Origin: Tubulanus polymorphus
Lineage: Eukaryota; Animalia; Nemertea
Direction of reading: 5' to 3'
NCBI RefSeq assembly: GCF_964204645.1
Contig: NC_134032.1
Span: forward strand, 16,613,572 to 16,677,571
DNA: 64,000 bases
Part shown: positions 15,511 to 29,486 of the stretch, piece after piece
Layout: each line of letters opens with the position of its first letter
Position numbering within the stretch: position 1 is the stretch's first letter
The notes under the pieces: generated by a model
What the model was told of the DNA's origin: nothing
What the model saw: the letters and a program-made list of their open reading frames with translations, nothing else
The model's database searches: none
Program-made: the position numbers and the translations under genes

Positions 15511-17550
15511 TGCACAGTCATTTACAAACAAGTGATGGTTAAATACACTTGCAAGCTAACAGATCAGAGATCACAGGAAGCAACATCAATCCAATCCTTA
15601 TTTCTTGACATATGATATAAAATGCTCTTCAGCCTGTGACAAAATGTCTTCGATGTAATACGCTTATTACTATATGCTTAACTAGAATCTTCTTTCAAAT
15701 ATTAAATCAAAAGGAGGAGGGACTAATTTAATGTTACGAATGTATGTAAAAAGTGAACGTAATAGTTTTAAACCAAGATTGAATGCATTCATTTTGTTGT
15801 ATTGAATAAAGTGTGTTCCGATGGAAATGATTAAAATCGCCTCTTAAATAGTTTCAATTAAAAAATAAATATTTTAAGTTTGAAAATTTTAAACGTTTTC
15901 TTTAAAATGTACAAATAATTGTTTAAAAAAGAAAATATTCCGGAATGTAATATACAGAAAAAATTAAAATCATAAATATATATATATATATATATACACT
16001 AATAAAAAGAAATTGATTACTATTTACAAATTTACAATATCTACAAGAAAAATAAAAACTACTATTTACATATTTACAATATTTACAAGAGAAATAAAAA
16101 CTACTATTTACATATTTACAATATTTACAAGAGAGAAATAAAAACTACTATTTACAAATTTACAATATTTACAAGAGAAATAAAAACTACTATCTACATA
16201 TTTACAATATTTACAAGACAGAGAGAAAGAGAGAAAAGAGAGAGAGAGGAGAGAGAAAGAGAGAGAGAGAGGAGAGTGTGGAGAGAGAGAGAAGGGAGAG
16301 AGAAGGGATGAAGGAGAGCGGTGAGAGGAAGAAAGGAGAGGAGAGAGTTAGTGGGTTAGAGAGAGAGGAAGAGAGAGTTAGTAGGTTAGAAAAAGAGGGA
16401 GAGAGTTAGTGGGTTAGAGACAAAGGGAAAGAACATAGAGAGGGAAAGGATAGAGAGAGGAAAAGGATAGAGACAGAGAGGGAAAGGATAGAGACAGAAA
16501 GGGAAAGGATAGAGGTAGAAAGGGAAAGGATAGAGGTAGAAAAAGAAGGGGTTAAAAAGAGGCAGTTTAACGTCATACCACAGGACAAACAGATAAAAAT
16601 CACTGATAAAATGTATGGATAAAACGTATTGTTAAAAAGAGGCAGTTTAACGTTGTACTACAGGACAACTTGTAAACAGAGGAACACTAGCTATACTACT
16701 TATATCTTACTAGGTATTTTAGACAATTCTATAAAATTCTATAATTATTTCAACCTCTGCAATTTTAATTCTACAAGTCATCTTTGAAAACGTTTATATG
16801 AGATAAACTAACAAAACATAACGTAGCATTGAATTAATATTAATGTAATCAGGAGCTGTAAATCTGAAATCAACCATCAGCCATAAATGAGGAGGCGGGA
16901 CTAATGCAATGAAATAATATCAATGCTCCAAACTTATAGGTTCAAATCTCGTTAAAACAATAGATGCAACAAGTGATATCCGGATCAAACTAAGATTGAA
17001 TGCATTCATTCTGTTGTTTTGAATATTAAAATTATTCGATAGAATTAAAAATATTAATTATCAATTAAATCTATATCAAAATTTGCACTAAAATAGTTCG
17101 ATTTGATGTATAGATATTATGAAGTTTAGAAAATTAAAAAGGTTTTTAAAAGATCATATTTGAAATAATCATTAAAATCCAAAGTTTGACAGATATCTAA
17201 AAAATATAAACAAATAGAACTCAAAATCAATGAAAAATCTAAAAAGAAATATTATATATACAAATAAAAAGCTATTCAAAAAGTTACATTACGTACAAGT
17301 ATAGTGTTAGTCCAGATAAAATGTGTCGATCATTTTGATGAAATATCATATATATCAATCATAATGGGAACCCAAGTGATTTCAGATTGGAATAACTGGG
17401 CCAGGCCAATCACTCACTCGATGATCACCAATTACTGGTACTACACAACCACAGAAAGAGTGGTTTTTACCGCGCGGTATATTAGGCCAGGTGCACCTCC
17501 CACCAATAATGCTGCCTATTATGTTTGGCTTTTTGTGTGTTGATATGTAC

Positions 17551-17914
17551 ATCGATACATCCTCAATCACCAGGGTTTTATTGTCGCCCACCGGCACTCA
17601 CGCTTACACAAACCCTGGTTACAAACCCTTCATTGGTCTCTGACATTGTCCAAGATATCTCGGGTCGACAGGTTGCTGCTAAGCGGCCACCAATCTTTAT
17701 ATCTAGTCAATCAGATGTGTAGCGAAACTGCCGGCGAAAAACAACGCATCTGATTGACTAGATATAAAGACTGGTGGCCGCTCAGTGGTAACCAGTCTAC
17801 CCAAGATATCTTGAGCAATGTAATAGACCAATGAAGAGTTGGCAGCCGGGGTTTATGTTGGCATGAGCTTCGGCAGACAACAATTAAAACCTGGCAAGTG
17901 AGGATGATATTGAT
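17551..17914. repeat. Long imperfect inverted repeat, ~170-bp arms and ~23-nt loop
   Basis: Inner arm tctttatatctagtcaatcagatg pairs perfectly with catctgattgactagatataaaga; complementarity continues with mismatches out to catcctca/tgaggatg. Confidence 0.92.
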
Positions 17915-18208
17915 ATTGAATGAAAAAGCTGCATGAAATGTGTACGAGAACCTTGATAGCAGTGAAAAAAGATAAAAACAAGGGGTGCAGGAAGACCATG
18001 CCCTAGATCCTTAAAATTAAGCTAACATTAAAGATTATATATCAATGACTTGAGAGTTAATTCATTACTAATTAATCTAATTAAGACAGTGCAAGTTCAT
18101 CTAACAATAAAAATTAAATCATCTATTCTATAACTCCTGATGTAATTATCAATAACAAGAAAACAGGGGGTAATTGAAACTGGTGTTAACGCTAAAATAT
18201 TTTAAACA

Positions 18209-18766
18209 TTCATTGTTTTAATGATGATCCTGAGAGTGATTTCAACAATGATGAATTTACCCTCAGTTCATTCATTGTTTTAATGATGATCCTGAGAGTG
18301 ATTTCAACAATGATGAATTTACCCTCAGTTCATTCATTGTTTTAATGATGATCCTGAGAGTAATTTCAACAATGATGAATTAACCCTCAGTTCATTCATT
18401 GTTTTAATGATGATCCTGAGAGTAATTTCAACAATGATGAATTTACCCTCAGTTCATTCATTGTTTTAATGATGATCCTGAGAGTGATTTCAACAATGAT
18501 GAATTTACCCTCAGTTCATTCATTGTTTTAATGATGATCCTGAGAGTGATTTCAACACTGATGAATTTACCCTCAGTTCATTCATTGTTTTAATGATGAT
18601 CCTGAGAGTAATTTCAACAATGATGAATTTACCCTCAGTTCAGTCATTGTTTTAATGATGATCCTGAGAGTAATTTCAACAATGATGAATTCACCCTCAG
18701 TTCATTCATTGTTTTAATGATGATCCTGAGAGTAATTTCAACAATGATGAATTTACCCTCAGTTCA
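18209..18766. repeat. 62-bp tandem repeat, ~9 copies
   Basis: cattgttttaatgatgatcctgagag at 18211, 18273 and onward. Confidence 0.96.
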
Positions 18767-20199
18767 TCACATTCTAAGATGTTACTATTTTATTCAGTGA
18801 AAATCTCTGAACTGCATAAAATAATGAGATCTTAAACGGGATTATTGATTAATAACCTGAGTGTAACTTATCATATCATAAGATAAATTGACGCTCAGTT
18901 TATCAGAGGTTTATACGTACTTTAAGTTAATATCAATAGTTACAACTTGATCAACTTGACCTAAACGAACTTAAACTTAAACTAAACTAGAGTTAAATCA
19001 ACTGGAACAAATTAAATCTAAAACAGCGAAAATTAATAAAATGACTTCACAAAAACCAACTAATCTAAACTAAGGCTAACTTAACACTAGTGATTAATTA
19101 TAAACGTGTCGTGCTCACAATTTAACAAATCCCAGTTCAACAGTTGTGCAATTGTATGTATTTAAATTCTTGTATCCAAATCAAACTGTGGAACTGAGCA
19201 CGGTTTTGTATGGAACGAAATAAATAAAATAAGAAAATCCGAGTGTATTTTTCATATGATGTTTTCAGCGACATATTTTGTTATGATGACAACAAATTAG
19301 CTTTGATTTATTTCATTTCTAAAAATACTATAGATTATCATTACGTTCAAAGACTAGTTTTGAAAAAGCCGAGATGACGTCCAATAAAAATAATAACATG
19401 ACTGCTAGCATTTAGGCTAGAGGAAGTTCTAATTCAAAGATAGTATTGGACTTTACTACTATTTGTATATTGTGCAGGAAAATAAAGTTTGTCTGTTGTA
19501 CTACAAGTGGTTATATTATTATATTTATCTGATGTCATTGAAAAATAATCTGACACGCCACCTAGTAGTGATTTTGTGAATCTACGCTTCAATAATCTAT
19601 GTCAATTTCATACGTCGAGATGCTGAAAATATCATATGAAAAATACACTTGGACCGTTTTTTTTTATTTATCGCATTCCATTATTGTGAAACGCCGACTG
19701 AAAATGAGTGGATTTTCTGTAGCTAATAGAAAATTGAAAAAAAGCTATAAGAAAAAAGGTAAAGAAAGTATGAGAAAAAGTTCTCAATCACATTTCATAT
19801 TTACTAAGCCTATATCAACTACGAGTAAAAGCTCTTTATGCGCGCACTATATACAGCATGGGCCTTTTATATAACCACTATTTATATCTGTGTTGTGGAC
19901 CACGTAATTGTGTCAAAGAGTATTGGTGATAAAACCTGGACCTTCAGTTATTCCATTCTCATAAAATCACTGGGGTTCGAATATACACAGTGATTGTCAA
20001 ATATAAAATATTTCATCAAATTGATCTTTTAGTTAGTATTGAAATACAAATAAATCATTGTTCTAAAAGGAATATATACAAATAAAATAGTTTTTAAATA
20101 TATACAAATAAAATAGTTTAAAATGATACTTTGAGATAAAATATATACAAATGAAATAGTATAAAATTCGGATTAGATAGTTTTTAGATATCATAGGTA

Positions 20200-20460
20200 C
20201 TTAAAATTCAGATATGAAATAGTTTCTTTAATAGATTAAAATTCAGATAAAACAGTTTTTTGATATCACAGGTATTTTTAAATTCAGATATAAAATAGTT
20301 TCTTTAATAGATTAAAATTCAGATAAAACAGTTTTTAGATATCACAGGTATTTTTAAATTCAGATATAAAATAGTTTCTTTAATAGATTAAAATTCAGAT
20401 AAAACAGTTTTTAGATATCACAGGTATTTTTGAATTCAGATATAAAATAGTTTTTTCAAT
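20200..20460. repeat. 76-bp AT-rich tandem repeat
   Basis: attcagataaaacagttt at 20241, 20317, 20393. Confidence 0.9.
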
Positions 20461-21549
20461 CTTTTTAAAATTGAGATAAAATAGTTTTACATATTATGGA
20501 TACTTTGAAATTGAGATAATTTAAAATACTTTCTAGAATTGTCTTAAAAATGCGGGTAAAATAGTTTTTAGAGTGTTTTCAGAATTACTAGTTTAGAAGT
20601 ATCAATGAAATGTTTGCAGATATGAATAATTCATAATTTATACCAATGAAATAGATTTAGATGGATCACCTTGATCAATCATAATATCAAACCAAAACAT
20701 CATTGAAAGAATCCAATAATAGCGATAATAATTCACATAAAATATGATTTTGGGCAATAGTAAAAAATGAAACCAGGAAAATAATTAATCATATTTTGCA
20801 GATATTCAAAAACCGTAATTAATTTTGAGAACTGGACTGAAATCTTCACCAAGAGATATATTAGGAAAAATTCAAACTTTTGGAAAGTTAAGATTAGGAA
20901 ACTCGTAGTAAATTGGAATTTCAATTGAAATCGGGAAATAGGAAATTTGTAGTAAATTGGAATTTCAGCACTGAAGGACTCAAAGTTTGGGAATTTTGTT
21001 CTATCTTGGAACATGAGAAACTGGAACCACAAAAATACAACAAACTGTTCGACATGAGCAGTATGACCGGGTCTCAGTCAGTAGAAATCTATTAATGATG
21101 CTGGTTTTAGTTTGGATTTTGTGACCTCTTCACAACAATAATTGCAAAATGGCTGAGAAACTACAAATAGCCTCTTTTCATGTAATCAATTAGTAGGTTA
21201 TATCACATACTTTGATACAACTTATGCCATTTTTGGGGACGAAGGAAGCACCTGAGAACCTGATCTGATTAACTGCAATATGAGTAACCGACCTCTTGAA
21301 AACAACTTCAGCGTAGATTTCTTAAATCTATTGATAATTCACTCTCAACAGCCATTTATCTGACGTGTGTTTTATGCATTGCTCGCCTACATGGAAACAA
21401 TTCCACGCTCTATCAACCATATTTCCATGGCTAAATGCAATTCCTGCAAGTTAGACCCCAATCGAGGACTATGAGTTACTTTATCAGAGCGGTGTCTATT
21501 ACTGAATTGCTCGATTGTTATGAACTTAACAATTTTCCTTTTAGACCAT

Positions 21550-21745
21550 CTCCTCTATCATATCTCTCTAAACTCCACTATCATATCTCTCTAAACTCCT
21601 CTATCATATCTCTCTAAACTCCTCTATCATATCTCCATAAACTCCTCTATCATATCTCCATAAACTCCTCTCTCATATCTCCATAAACTCCTCTCTCATA
21701 TTCCCCGAACCTCCTCTCTCGTATCTCAGACCTCCTCTCTCATAT
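21550..21745. repeat. 23-bp pyrimidine-rich minisatellite
   Basis: ctcctctatcatatctctctaaa repeated ~8 times. Confidence 0.9.
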
Positions 21746-21944
21746 ACCTTATTGTTTTCAACAAGAGATTAATGAAGACTATCTATTAACAAGAATGTTG
21801 AACTCAACCGGGAACCCTTGATCCTGGTGATCGTTAGAATCAGTAGAGATCAATATCAATCCATAAAACCTGATCACTGATGTGATAACAACAAACTTTC
21901 CAATCCAAGATCTTTATTTTCTTTATCAGCGATTCTCAATCATT

Positions 21945-22441
21945 GCATTTTTGCAGATTTTTGCATTTTTCTATTCTATCCTTTGTTCAATTATGAACTC
22001 ATAAATTCATGCATTGATCACCGATCCAGATGGTGATGGTTTCACACCTTAGAAATGAAATGAAATTGATTACCGTAGTCTTTGCAGTGGTTTCCTTTCT
22101 CGCGCAATTTTTTCCTTTCTTGCGCTCGACAGCGGGGAAGGTGGTGGCCCCGCTGGAGCGCCCGATGTCGATGCCTGGGCGGGCGTCTGAAGGCGTCTGA
22201 AGCTGTGGCGCCTCTGCCGGGGTCACCACTGCAGGGGCGACCTCCTGCTCCACATTTACGGGAGAAGCAGGGTCCACCTTCTGCAAAGGAACCAACTCAA
22301 AAGGTGGAACGATTTCTGGAGGAGTTGGTTCCTTAGGCGCACAGATAGATGCTAACCTTTTATAAGTATCTCGTAATGCTGGAAGTGCTCTGCGGGCTGA
22401 TTCAGACTGGTCGTTTTGGATGTTTTCAATGATGTCTAAAT
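21945..22441 (-). pseudogene. GC-rich exon-like segment (Pro/Ala-rich linker) ending in a decayed PHD-finger-like motif; probable TE-gene or pseudogene relic
   Basis: Strong acceptor (ttttttttttcattccag) before an open frame DLDIIENIQ...ERKKGKNC; downstream reads WIGDQCMNL*VHN*TK...KCKN, resembling WIxCDxCxxWxHxxC with stops. Confidence 0.35.
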
Positions 22442-24029
22442 CTGGAATGAAAAAAAAAAACATTAAGGATCATGCATATTACACATAAATGACATAATGA
22501 CATGTTCGCATATAATTATCATATTTCTAGATATTAACCTATAAAATGATGCAGTTATCCAATAGGTGAATGTGACGTGATGGAAGAACGAACAAAGTAG
22601 GGTAAGAAGGGTCATTTGAATGTTTGGAAGCAATCGTAAGCTTATTTTGTGAGAAGTGATCATGTCACTGGTTGTACGATACGGTTGTACGACTAACGCT
22701 GTTGTAACTACACTTTTTACCGCTCTCATAATTTGCATCACCCATTACATAATAACGATAAGTCGACAGTATATCATCAGTGAGGCTGATGATTGAATCT
22801 TTCAATACAATTTTTAATAATGGTATTTCTATGTCTTATATACTTATATGTTTCAGAACCAACGCTGTATGTGGACGGGTACTTTGCTAGTTGCTGGCGA
22901 CTAACACTTTTGTTAATTCATTACTGGAACTACTGATTGTAATAAATTACATCCTACAATTACCGACAATCAATTTTGGTAGCAAATCATGAATCAAAAA
23001 TACACTTGATTTTTGTCTGGGGGGTGATGACGTACCAGGTTCCAGGTGACAAAAACTATACATTATGATGAATAATCAATGGAATTGTTACCCATGACCC
23101 TTGTTTTCAAAATCTGGGAACCTCTTTGGAATAACACGCATGATAACTTTTCATTTATCAACCAATTGAAATGGAAACTTTGCAACGATAAAAGATCTAA
23201 TTTAACACAGATGTCGCGCTGTAAACAAAAAATTGATCGATAATCCCTTTTATTCAGTAATTACTTTTCAATTGGAGGAGTGAAAAATTTGTCCACACTT
23301 CAGAAATCTATTCAATTATTTTGTAGAACACTTTTTGATTGCATACAGGGCCACACTCCATCCACGATAAGTGGGAGAATTTGCATTTTATTTCCTCTGA
23401 ACATGAGGCAAGTGTGTATAACATATTATATTTTGTCAAAAATGAAGATAAAATTATGACTGATTTTTTAACATTTTATTGTTTAAACTATTTGCAGCAT
23501 GAATTAAAACAGAAAAACGACAAATAATTTCACTTCGCTGAATCTAAAACCAGTAAAAACCATTTCACACAACATTGCCCACTACTGCACCTTCAGAAAC
23601 AACACTCACTACAAATATAATACATTCATTTTGAAGAACAATATTTCACTATCAACACAAATGGCTGTAATTCATTATTCCCAATAGAATATTCATTGTC
23701 AGCAATAGGCCTATCGGTACTCCACATATTCATTACATAACTTACCTAGAATGTACAATTCATCTTACACCAACGATTGATTTATTCAGATCAACAAAAT
23801 TCCATGCACAGCCATTTTAAAGTGGTATTCATTATGCAGTAGACTCCGCCTAATAGGCTACAGTTTGGCACCTTCATTTTCATACCTAATCAGGCAGTTA
23901 CCGGTTTTTAAGAATTGCAAAAATCAATTGATGAAAAGATTTATTGAGCCTAATAGCGGTCAAAATGATCAATTTCTTTGTATTGTATACAATCTGACCA
24001 TGTAGTGAATCCCCAAATTCCTTCTATAA

Positions 24030-24672
24030 CTCTTTCAGTGCCCAGTCAACTTTCGTCTACAGATTATTTCAGGTCGTACAGTGCCCTGTCGACTTTCATC
24101 GACATTTCTTATAGCAGTTTAGTCGCATAGAATTCAGCGGAGAAACCTGCCGCTAGATGGCTTGATTAAATGATAGTAAGTTTTTATGATGCGTTTTTGT
24201 GGTGTTGCTATTCAAAATATTTGAGTTTTTTGCGTTTGAAAGTAGCGGGTACTTATCCGGAGGTCGTGTGATTTACTTATTAGCTCATTTACTAATTATA
24301 ATTACCAAAAAAATGTATATTTGTGACCGTAGACATAGAATATTCCATTGTCAGCTTTTAGCTGAGGCTTCATAACCGATTTGTTCATTTTGATACATGA
24401 AACTTAGGGGGTTATCAAATAAATAAGTCACCCATTATAATTCATGCAAATTAGCTCATTTGCATAGGACGTCACTTTCAGTAAGAAAAATTACCACCAA
24501 AATTATCCAAGGGTCATTCATACCCTACAAACTTTTCAATTACCATAAAGCTCTATCTCTTACAGTTTTCACTCTACGGAGCTCCAAAGTTTCTATTGAT
24601 TTTCCTACTTTTTAGGTAACAATGATGGGCACTCTGAGGGTTTTCTCTTATTACACATGGGCACTGAAAGAG
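24030..24672. mobile_element. piggyBac-like non-autonomous element (MITE), 643 bp
   Basis: Perfect 15-bp TIRs CTCTTTCAGTGCCCA (24030-24044) and TGGGCACTGAAAGAG (24658-24672); 4-bp direct flank ATAA on both sides; subterminal echoes of agtgccc. Confidence 0.8.
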
Positions 24673-25464
24673 ATAATATACTAGACACAAGTCCTTCAAT
24701 AGACTGGACATTTCATGTTTCTTTATCCCGCAACATTTTCCTACGATTCAATTCACTTGTGATGTCCTCTTTGAGTAATGGAAATTATGACCAATTTAAG
24801 TCATGCGTGTGCATTAATAGAACATAAGGCCTAATCACTTACAGCAAAAATAAAGATGTTCTCATGTTTTTATGTATTTTTGCTAACAGAGATAGAAGGT
24901 TGATAGTACATACATGTATTCTAAAATCTGGTCTCAGAACGAAATGAATCACACAGTTACTGACTAAACTGTCATCCGGATACTGAGTAAACCACTGTAT
25001 GGGACCGTATGCTTTGATGCAGCTGAAAAGTAGCTATATTTTTTTCAGAATTTCGCTATATTTATTTTGATTGAATATTTCAGAATTTTGGATAGATCGA
25101 TCTGTATATACAGTACTTATGGTATATTACATGTTGATTTTCCTACACAAAGTTGGTGCGACCTATTTAAAATCAGACGAATATAAAGAAGAAAGTTAAA
25201 AGATAAAGTGAATGTTGACGTTCTGACAAAAAGAGGAAGCATAAATCAAAAATAGCGATTTTGTGAATGATTCTCTCAGTACAGAGATTAGAGTGTTACT
25301 GGCACTTATCCGATCCAGTGGCAACATCTGTGCTAATCGCAACTTCCACTCACACCGTCCGATCGCACACCGTCCGATCGCACACCGTCCATGAGATGAT
25401 AAGCTGATACTTGTGTAGTTTTTAATATAGAAATAAAGCAGCAATTCAGTTTAGTAAAGAATCA

Positions 25465-27480
25465 ATGGATTGCATATCGTCACTTAGTCAGCTCTCTGCA
25501 AAACTTCATTCCTTGTCACAACCAACAGTAGTATTATTTTCATGGATGGGTGAGCCCTCTGAAGGTGAAGCCATTCGGGCAGAACTGAAGAAACAACCAC
25601 AACAAAGTTTATCATCGACATCTGAAAAAATGTTGAGAAAAATGGAGCACTCCTCAAAGAAGATATCGACGAAAAACAAGTTACAGTTCTTGAATCGTTG
25701 TTGGAGGAATTTAAAGAACCGTACAAGAAAATTCTAGTGATAATCGAGAGAATTGAAGCAACTTTAGTCTAGAATCCGCAAGCGGTGAGGATTATGAAAA
25801 AGAATCGACAGAAATTGTTGACCACCGAACCACCACAAGAACAGTGCTACTTGATTTATCGATCAACAGGATGCTGAACCTATCAAAAAGAAATGGAAAG
25901 TAATATCATGATTCACACATGTAAAAAAGATATGACGATTGAGGACAAAGTAACGAAAGGAAACGTTCTGTCAAAATGATCATCGATATTTGATCCTTTG
26001 GAGCTTAGTAGGATCGTTGCACCATGAAAGCCCTTATGATTAAGCAATGGACAGAGAACATTGAAAGGGACGAAGAGTCAAAACGGGCGAATGGACAAAG
26101 ATCAGAAATTCCTTCAAACGTAGTAACGAAATAGTGATGGGGAATAGCAGTGTTTCCAATAAGAGCCAGGTCACAGGTCTCAGACCCGTCAGTCGTTTTT
26201 TTAAGGACTCGCCTGTTTTTTCAAACCAGCTTTCGTTTCAGGTACTGTGACATATTATGGGACCCTCCTGTTTTTCGAAGGGACCTGGCTTGTTAATTTC
26301 TTACTAAAAACACTGGATAGACGATTTGTTTTTGACCCACAACGAGAAGCGGAAATTGTGATCTTCACTGACGCATGTCCTGAAGTTGTAATCGGCCGCA
26401 TCAACTACAAACTACAGATTCGAAATATAAAAAGTAAATGTGACGGTACCTAGGAAAGAATAACAAGCAATGTTAAGGCATAGAATATAGCGAGCTAATT
26501 ACCGACACATATGGATCTATATATCCAAACATGAATGTTGGATTTGGTTCAGAAATATTGAAAACATTCGTACACAATAGAATGGAAAAGATAAAAGCGT
26601 TAACAAATGTTTCTGATTGGAATTCGCAGTCCAAAGGAGACTATCATGGCTGCTGGTAGTTAATGTCACTCGCAGTCCAAAGGAGACTATCATGGCTGCT
26701 GGTAGTTAATGTCACTTGCAGTCCAAAGGAGACTATCATGGCTGCTGGTAGTTAATGTCACTCGCAGTGTAAAAGGAAACCGTCATGGCTGCTGGTAGTT
26801 AATGTCACTCGCAGTCCAAAGGAGACCGTCATGGCTGCTGGTAGTTAATGTCACTTGCAGTCCAAAGGAGACCGTCATGGCTGCTGGTAGTTGATGTCAC
26901 TCGCAGTCCAAAGGAGACCGTCATGGCTGCTGGTAGTTGATGTCACTCGCAGTCCAAAGGAGACTATCATGGCTGCTGGTTGTTAATGTCACTCGCAGTC
27001 CAAAGGAGACTATCATGGCTGCTCATAGTTAACATCACTCGCAGGGTAAAAGGAAACCATCATGGCGTAAGGATGATTGAAACTGAACCAGTGATGTTGC
27101 AGACGATTCATTGATGAATACGTGTCATGGCTGCTGGTAGTTAATGTCACTCGCAGTCCAGAAGGAAACAAGGAATCTTGGGCGTTTGTAAAAACTCACA
27201 GATACACCATTGAAGAATTCTATGGCAGCTGGGCGTTATTATGGCAACAAATGTAGGCACAGACGGGATGATCTGCTCAGCTAAAGTAAGAACCACGTCC
27301 TGCGGAAGGTCACAACTAGAGTGACTCAGTACGAGGCGCCAACCATTGACCGTAATAATGAATCCGTTAGAAATAAATCGTGTGTAAACTCTATTTACCG
27401 CAAGGCCACAATATCTAGGATTCGCCAACAATTAGACGATGAAGATTCAGACTATGAGCCGAACTAGTGTACGACATTCC
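25465..27480 (+). mobile_element. Degenerate Ty3/Gypsy-like LTR retrotransposon internal region
   Basis: ORF 26247-26453 contains FDPQREAEIVIFTDAC, matching the RT-RNaseH (F/Y)DP..+.+.TDAS motif; broken integrase zinc-finger-like pieces (LGVCK, ICSAKVR, PAEGH) at ~27175-27315; many stops and frameshifts; LTRs not identified, so ends are approximate. Confidence 0.6.
26625..27065. repeat. 46-bp tandem repeat inside the retroelement relic
   Basis: gcagtccaaaggagactatcatggctgctggtagttaatgtcact at 26626, 26672 and onward, plus a detached copy near 27125. Confidence 0.95.
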
Positions 27481-27859
27481 TATCAAACATCTTATCCGTA
27501 GTTCAGATCTAGTATAAACATTGAGTGGGTGCGGCTTGAGACTAGTTCGCAGATAAGCTCATGATAACAGTCGTGAGATATACCTCCTTCCTGCCATAAT
27601 CTCGGGATCTCAAAATGTTGTGAGCAACTACCTAGAGATATGAAAAACGAAGTTTAACCAATAAATTAAAATAGTGATCCTGAATTTCCTGACGATTGAT
27701 CAATGATTAATAAAGAGAAAATCACATGTTGTCGAATCCTGGAGTCGTACAGAAAAACGAAAGTACCGTAAATACTAGTGCTACATTTCAGCGGTATCTA
27801 AAAAGTTGGTCCCATAATGTGATGGGTATCTGGATACGGACTAAACAGCTGTCCGGTTC

Positions 27860-28070
27860 CTGACTAAACTATCAGCTAAACTGCAGTCCAGTTATTGACT
27901 AAACGATGGACTACAGCGCAGTCCAGTTATTGACTAAAATATGGACTACAGCGCAGTCCAGTTATTGACTAAAATATGGACTACACCGCAGTCCAGTTAC
28001 TGATTAAAATATGGACTAAACTGCAGTCTGCTTACTGACTAAATGGACTGAACCGCGCAGTCCAGTTACT
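27860..28070. repeat. 35-bp minisatellite
   Basis: gcagtccagttattgactaaa at 27883, 27918, 27953. Confidence 0.9.
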
Positions 28071-29486
28071 TGATTTATTAAACATAAATCAGGATTTTCC
28101 ATCAAGTGCATTGGTCTGGAGGCCTAGACAGTTTAAACTGTTTATGTTGTAACTTATCTCTATTGACTGGATACAGCATTGCATATGAAAAAACATGATG
28201 AATATTTCAAAATTTCGGTGCAATTTCGACGATATTTGAAAACCAGAAACCAGGAAATGAAGTTACTTCCTCAAGTTCATTCACATCCACCAGAACCTCT
28301 ACTCACTATTCAATTCAATTCAAACTTTATTCACCATTAGAATTAATAGCAAATTAAATTGAGTTTAAGTTGAGTAATTTAGAATAGAATAAAAGACTAG
28401 AAACATAAAATGATATTTTCAAAATAAATTGAAATGAAATCAGTGTGAGACATAAATTGAGTTTTCCGAAATTAAAAAGAGGATTGGAATAAATTGACAT
28501 TTGATGATAGAAGATTGAGACAATTTGAAATTTAGTATCCAATAATGCGGAGATTTGAGATAAAATAATTGTGAATTTGAGATCAAATAATTTCAGATGT
28601 TGGAAATCAAATAATTTTAGATGCTTGTCACTAGAAATAATCGAGAATTTGATGAAGTAGAGTTTGTACTTACTCAAATCACAAAACGCGCCGAGGGATA
28701 AAGGATTGTGTCAGGACCTCGGCGATATTGATATTCAAAGTTGAATTTCCAATGTAGTTTTACTGCTACTGTCACGTAGTTGGTCTGCTGCTGTCTCGTA
28801 GTTGGTCTGCTGCTGTCTCGTAGTTGGTCTGCTGCTGTCTCGTAGTTGGTCTGCTGTGCTGCTGTAATGTAAAAACAATGTTATACAAATCAAGAAAATC
28901 GAAAATTATTGATTCTAAGAAATAGCTAACTCGAGTTTCTATTAAATAATAATAATAATAATTAACATTAAATAATTGGGTATCATTATTTTCTAAATAT
29001 TAAATATAGAAGCCACCAGAATTAAGTTGAACGACGCTTCGAATGAAAGGTTTCTATGGATTCGAGTCATGGTTGAATAGACTGAGCTGTCTGTGTATTA
29101 CACCTAGGCATGTCAACTAGCCGCTTTAGCGGTAGAATTGAACAGCAGAAAAACTGGTTCCGAAAACTTGATAAACGGATTTAATAAATGTCCTCAATAA
29201 AATCGCAATAGCGTCCTCGTTATTACCAGAGCGAAATTGAAAATCAAATGTTGTAATTAACTTAAAAATAAAAACACAATTTGGACAATTTTGAGCAAAA
29301 AGAACGTCACAATGGAAATGTCATAATTAAACACCTATATAATATAATCCGAACTTTCGGAACTTAGGAAATTGTCTTACATAAAGCCGTATGCGAAACC
29401 TAAGGTCTATGTATACAATTTACAAGTAAGATTAATAAATAAATTTCATCCAAAGAAATAAAATAAAACGGATGACGTTTGCTTAC

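Larger units (their letters stand above)
12586..17084 (+). repeat. Local direct duplication, copy 1 ~12586-14305 and copy 2 ~15725-17084
   Basis: Both copies have the same order: cgaatgtatgtaaaaagtgaacg, ~33-bp AT-rich repeats, ~330-bp polypurine AG tract, 80-bp unit, then unique sequence ending ctatatcaaaatttg. Confidence 0.93.

Noticed and set aside
18209-18766. Tandem C/D-box snoRNAs (ATGATGA and CTGA in each unit)
   Set aside because: Homogeneous minisatellite, no terminal stem or recognisable guide, and no host gene.
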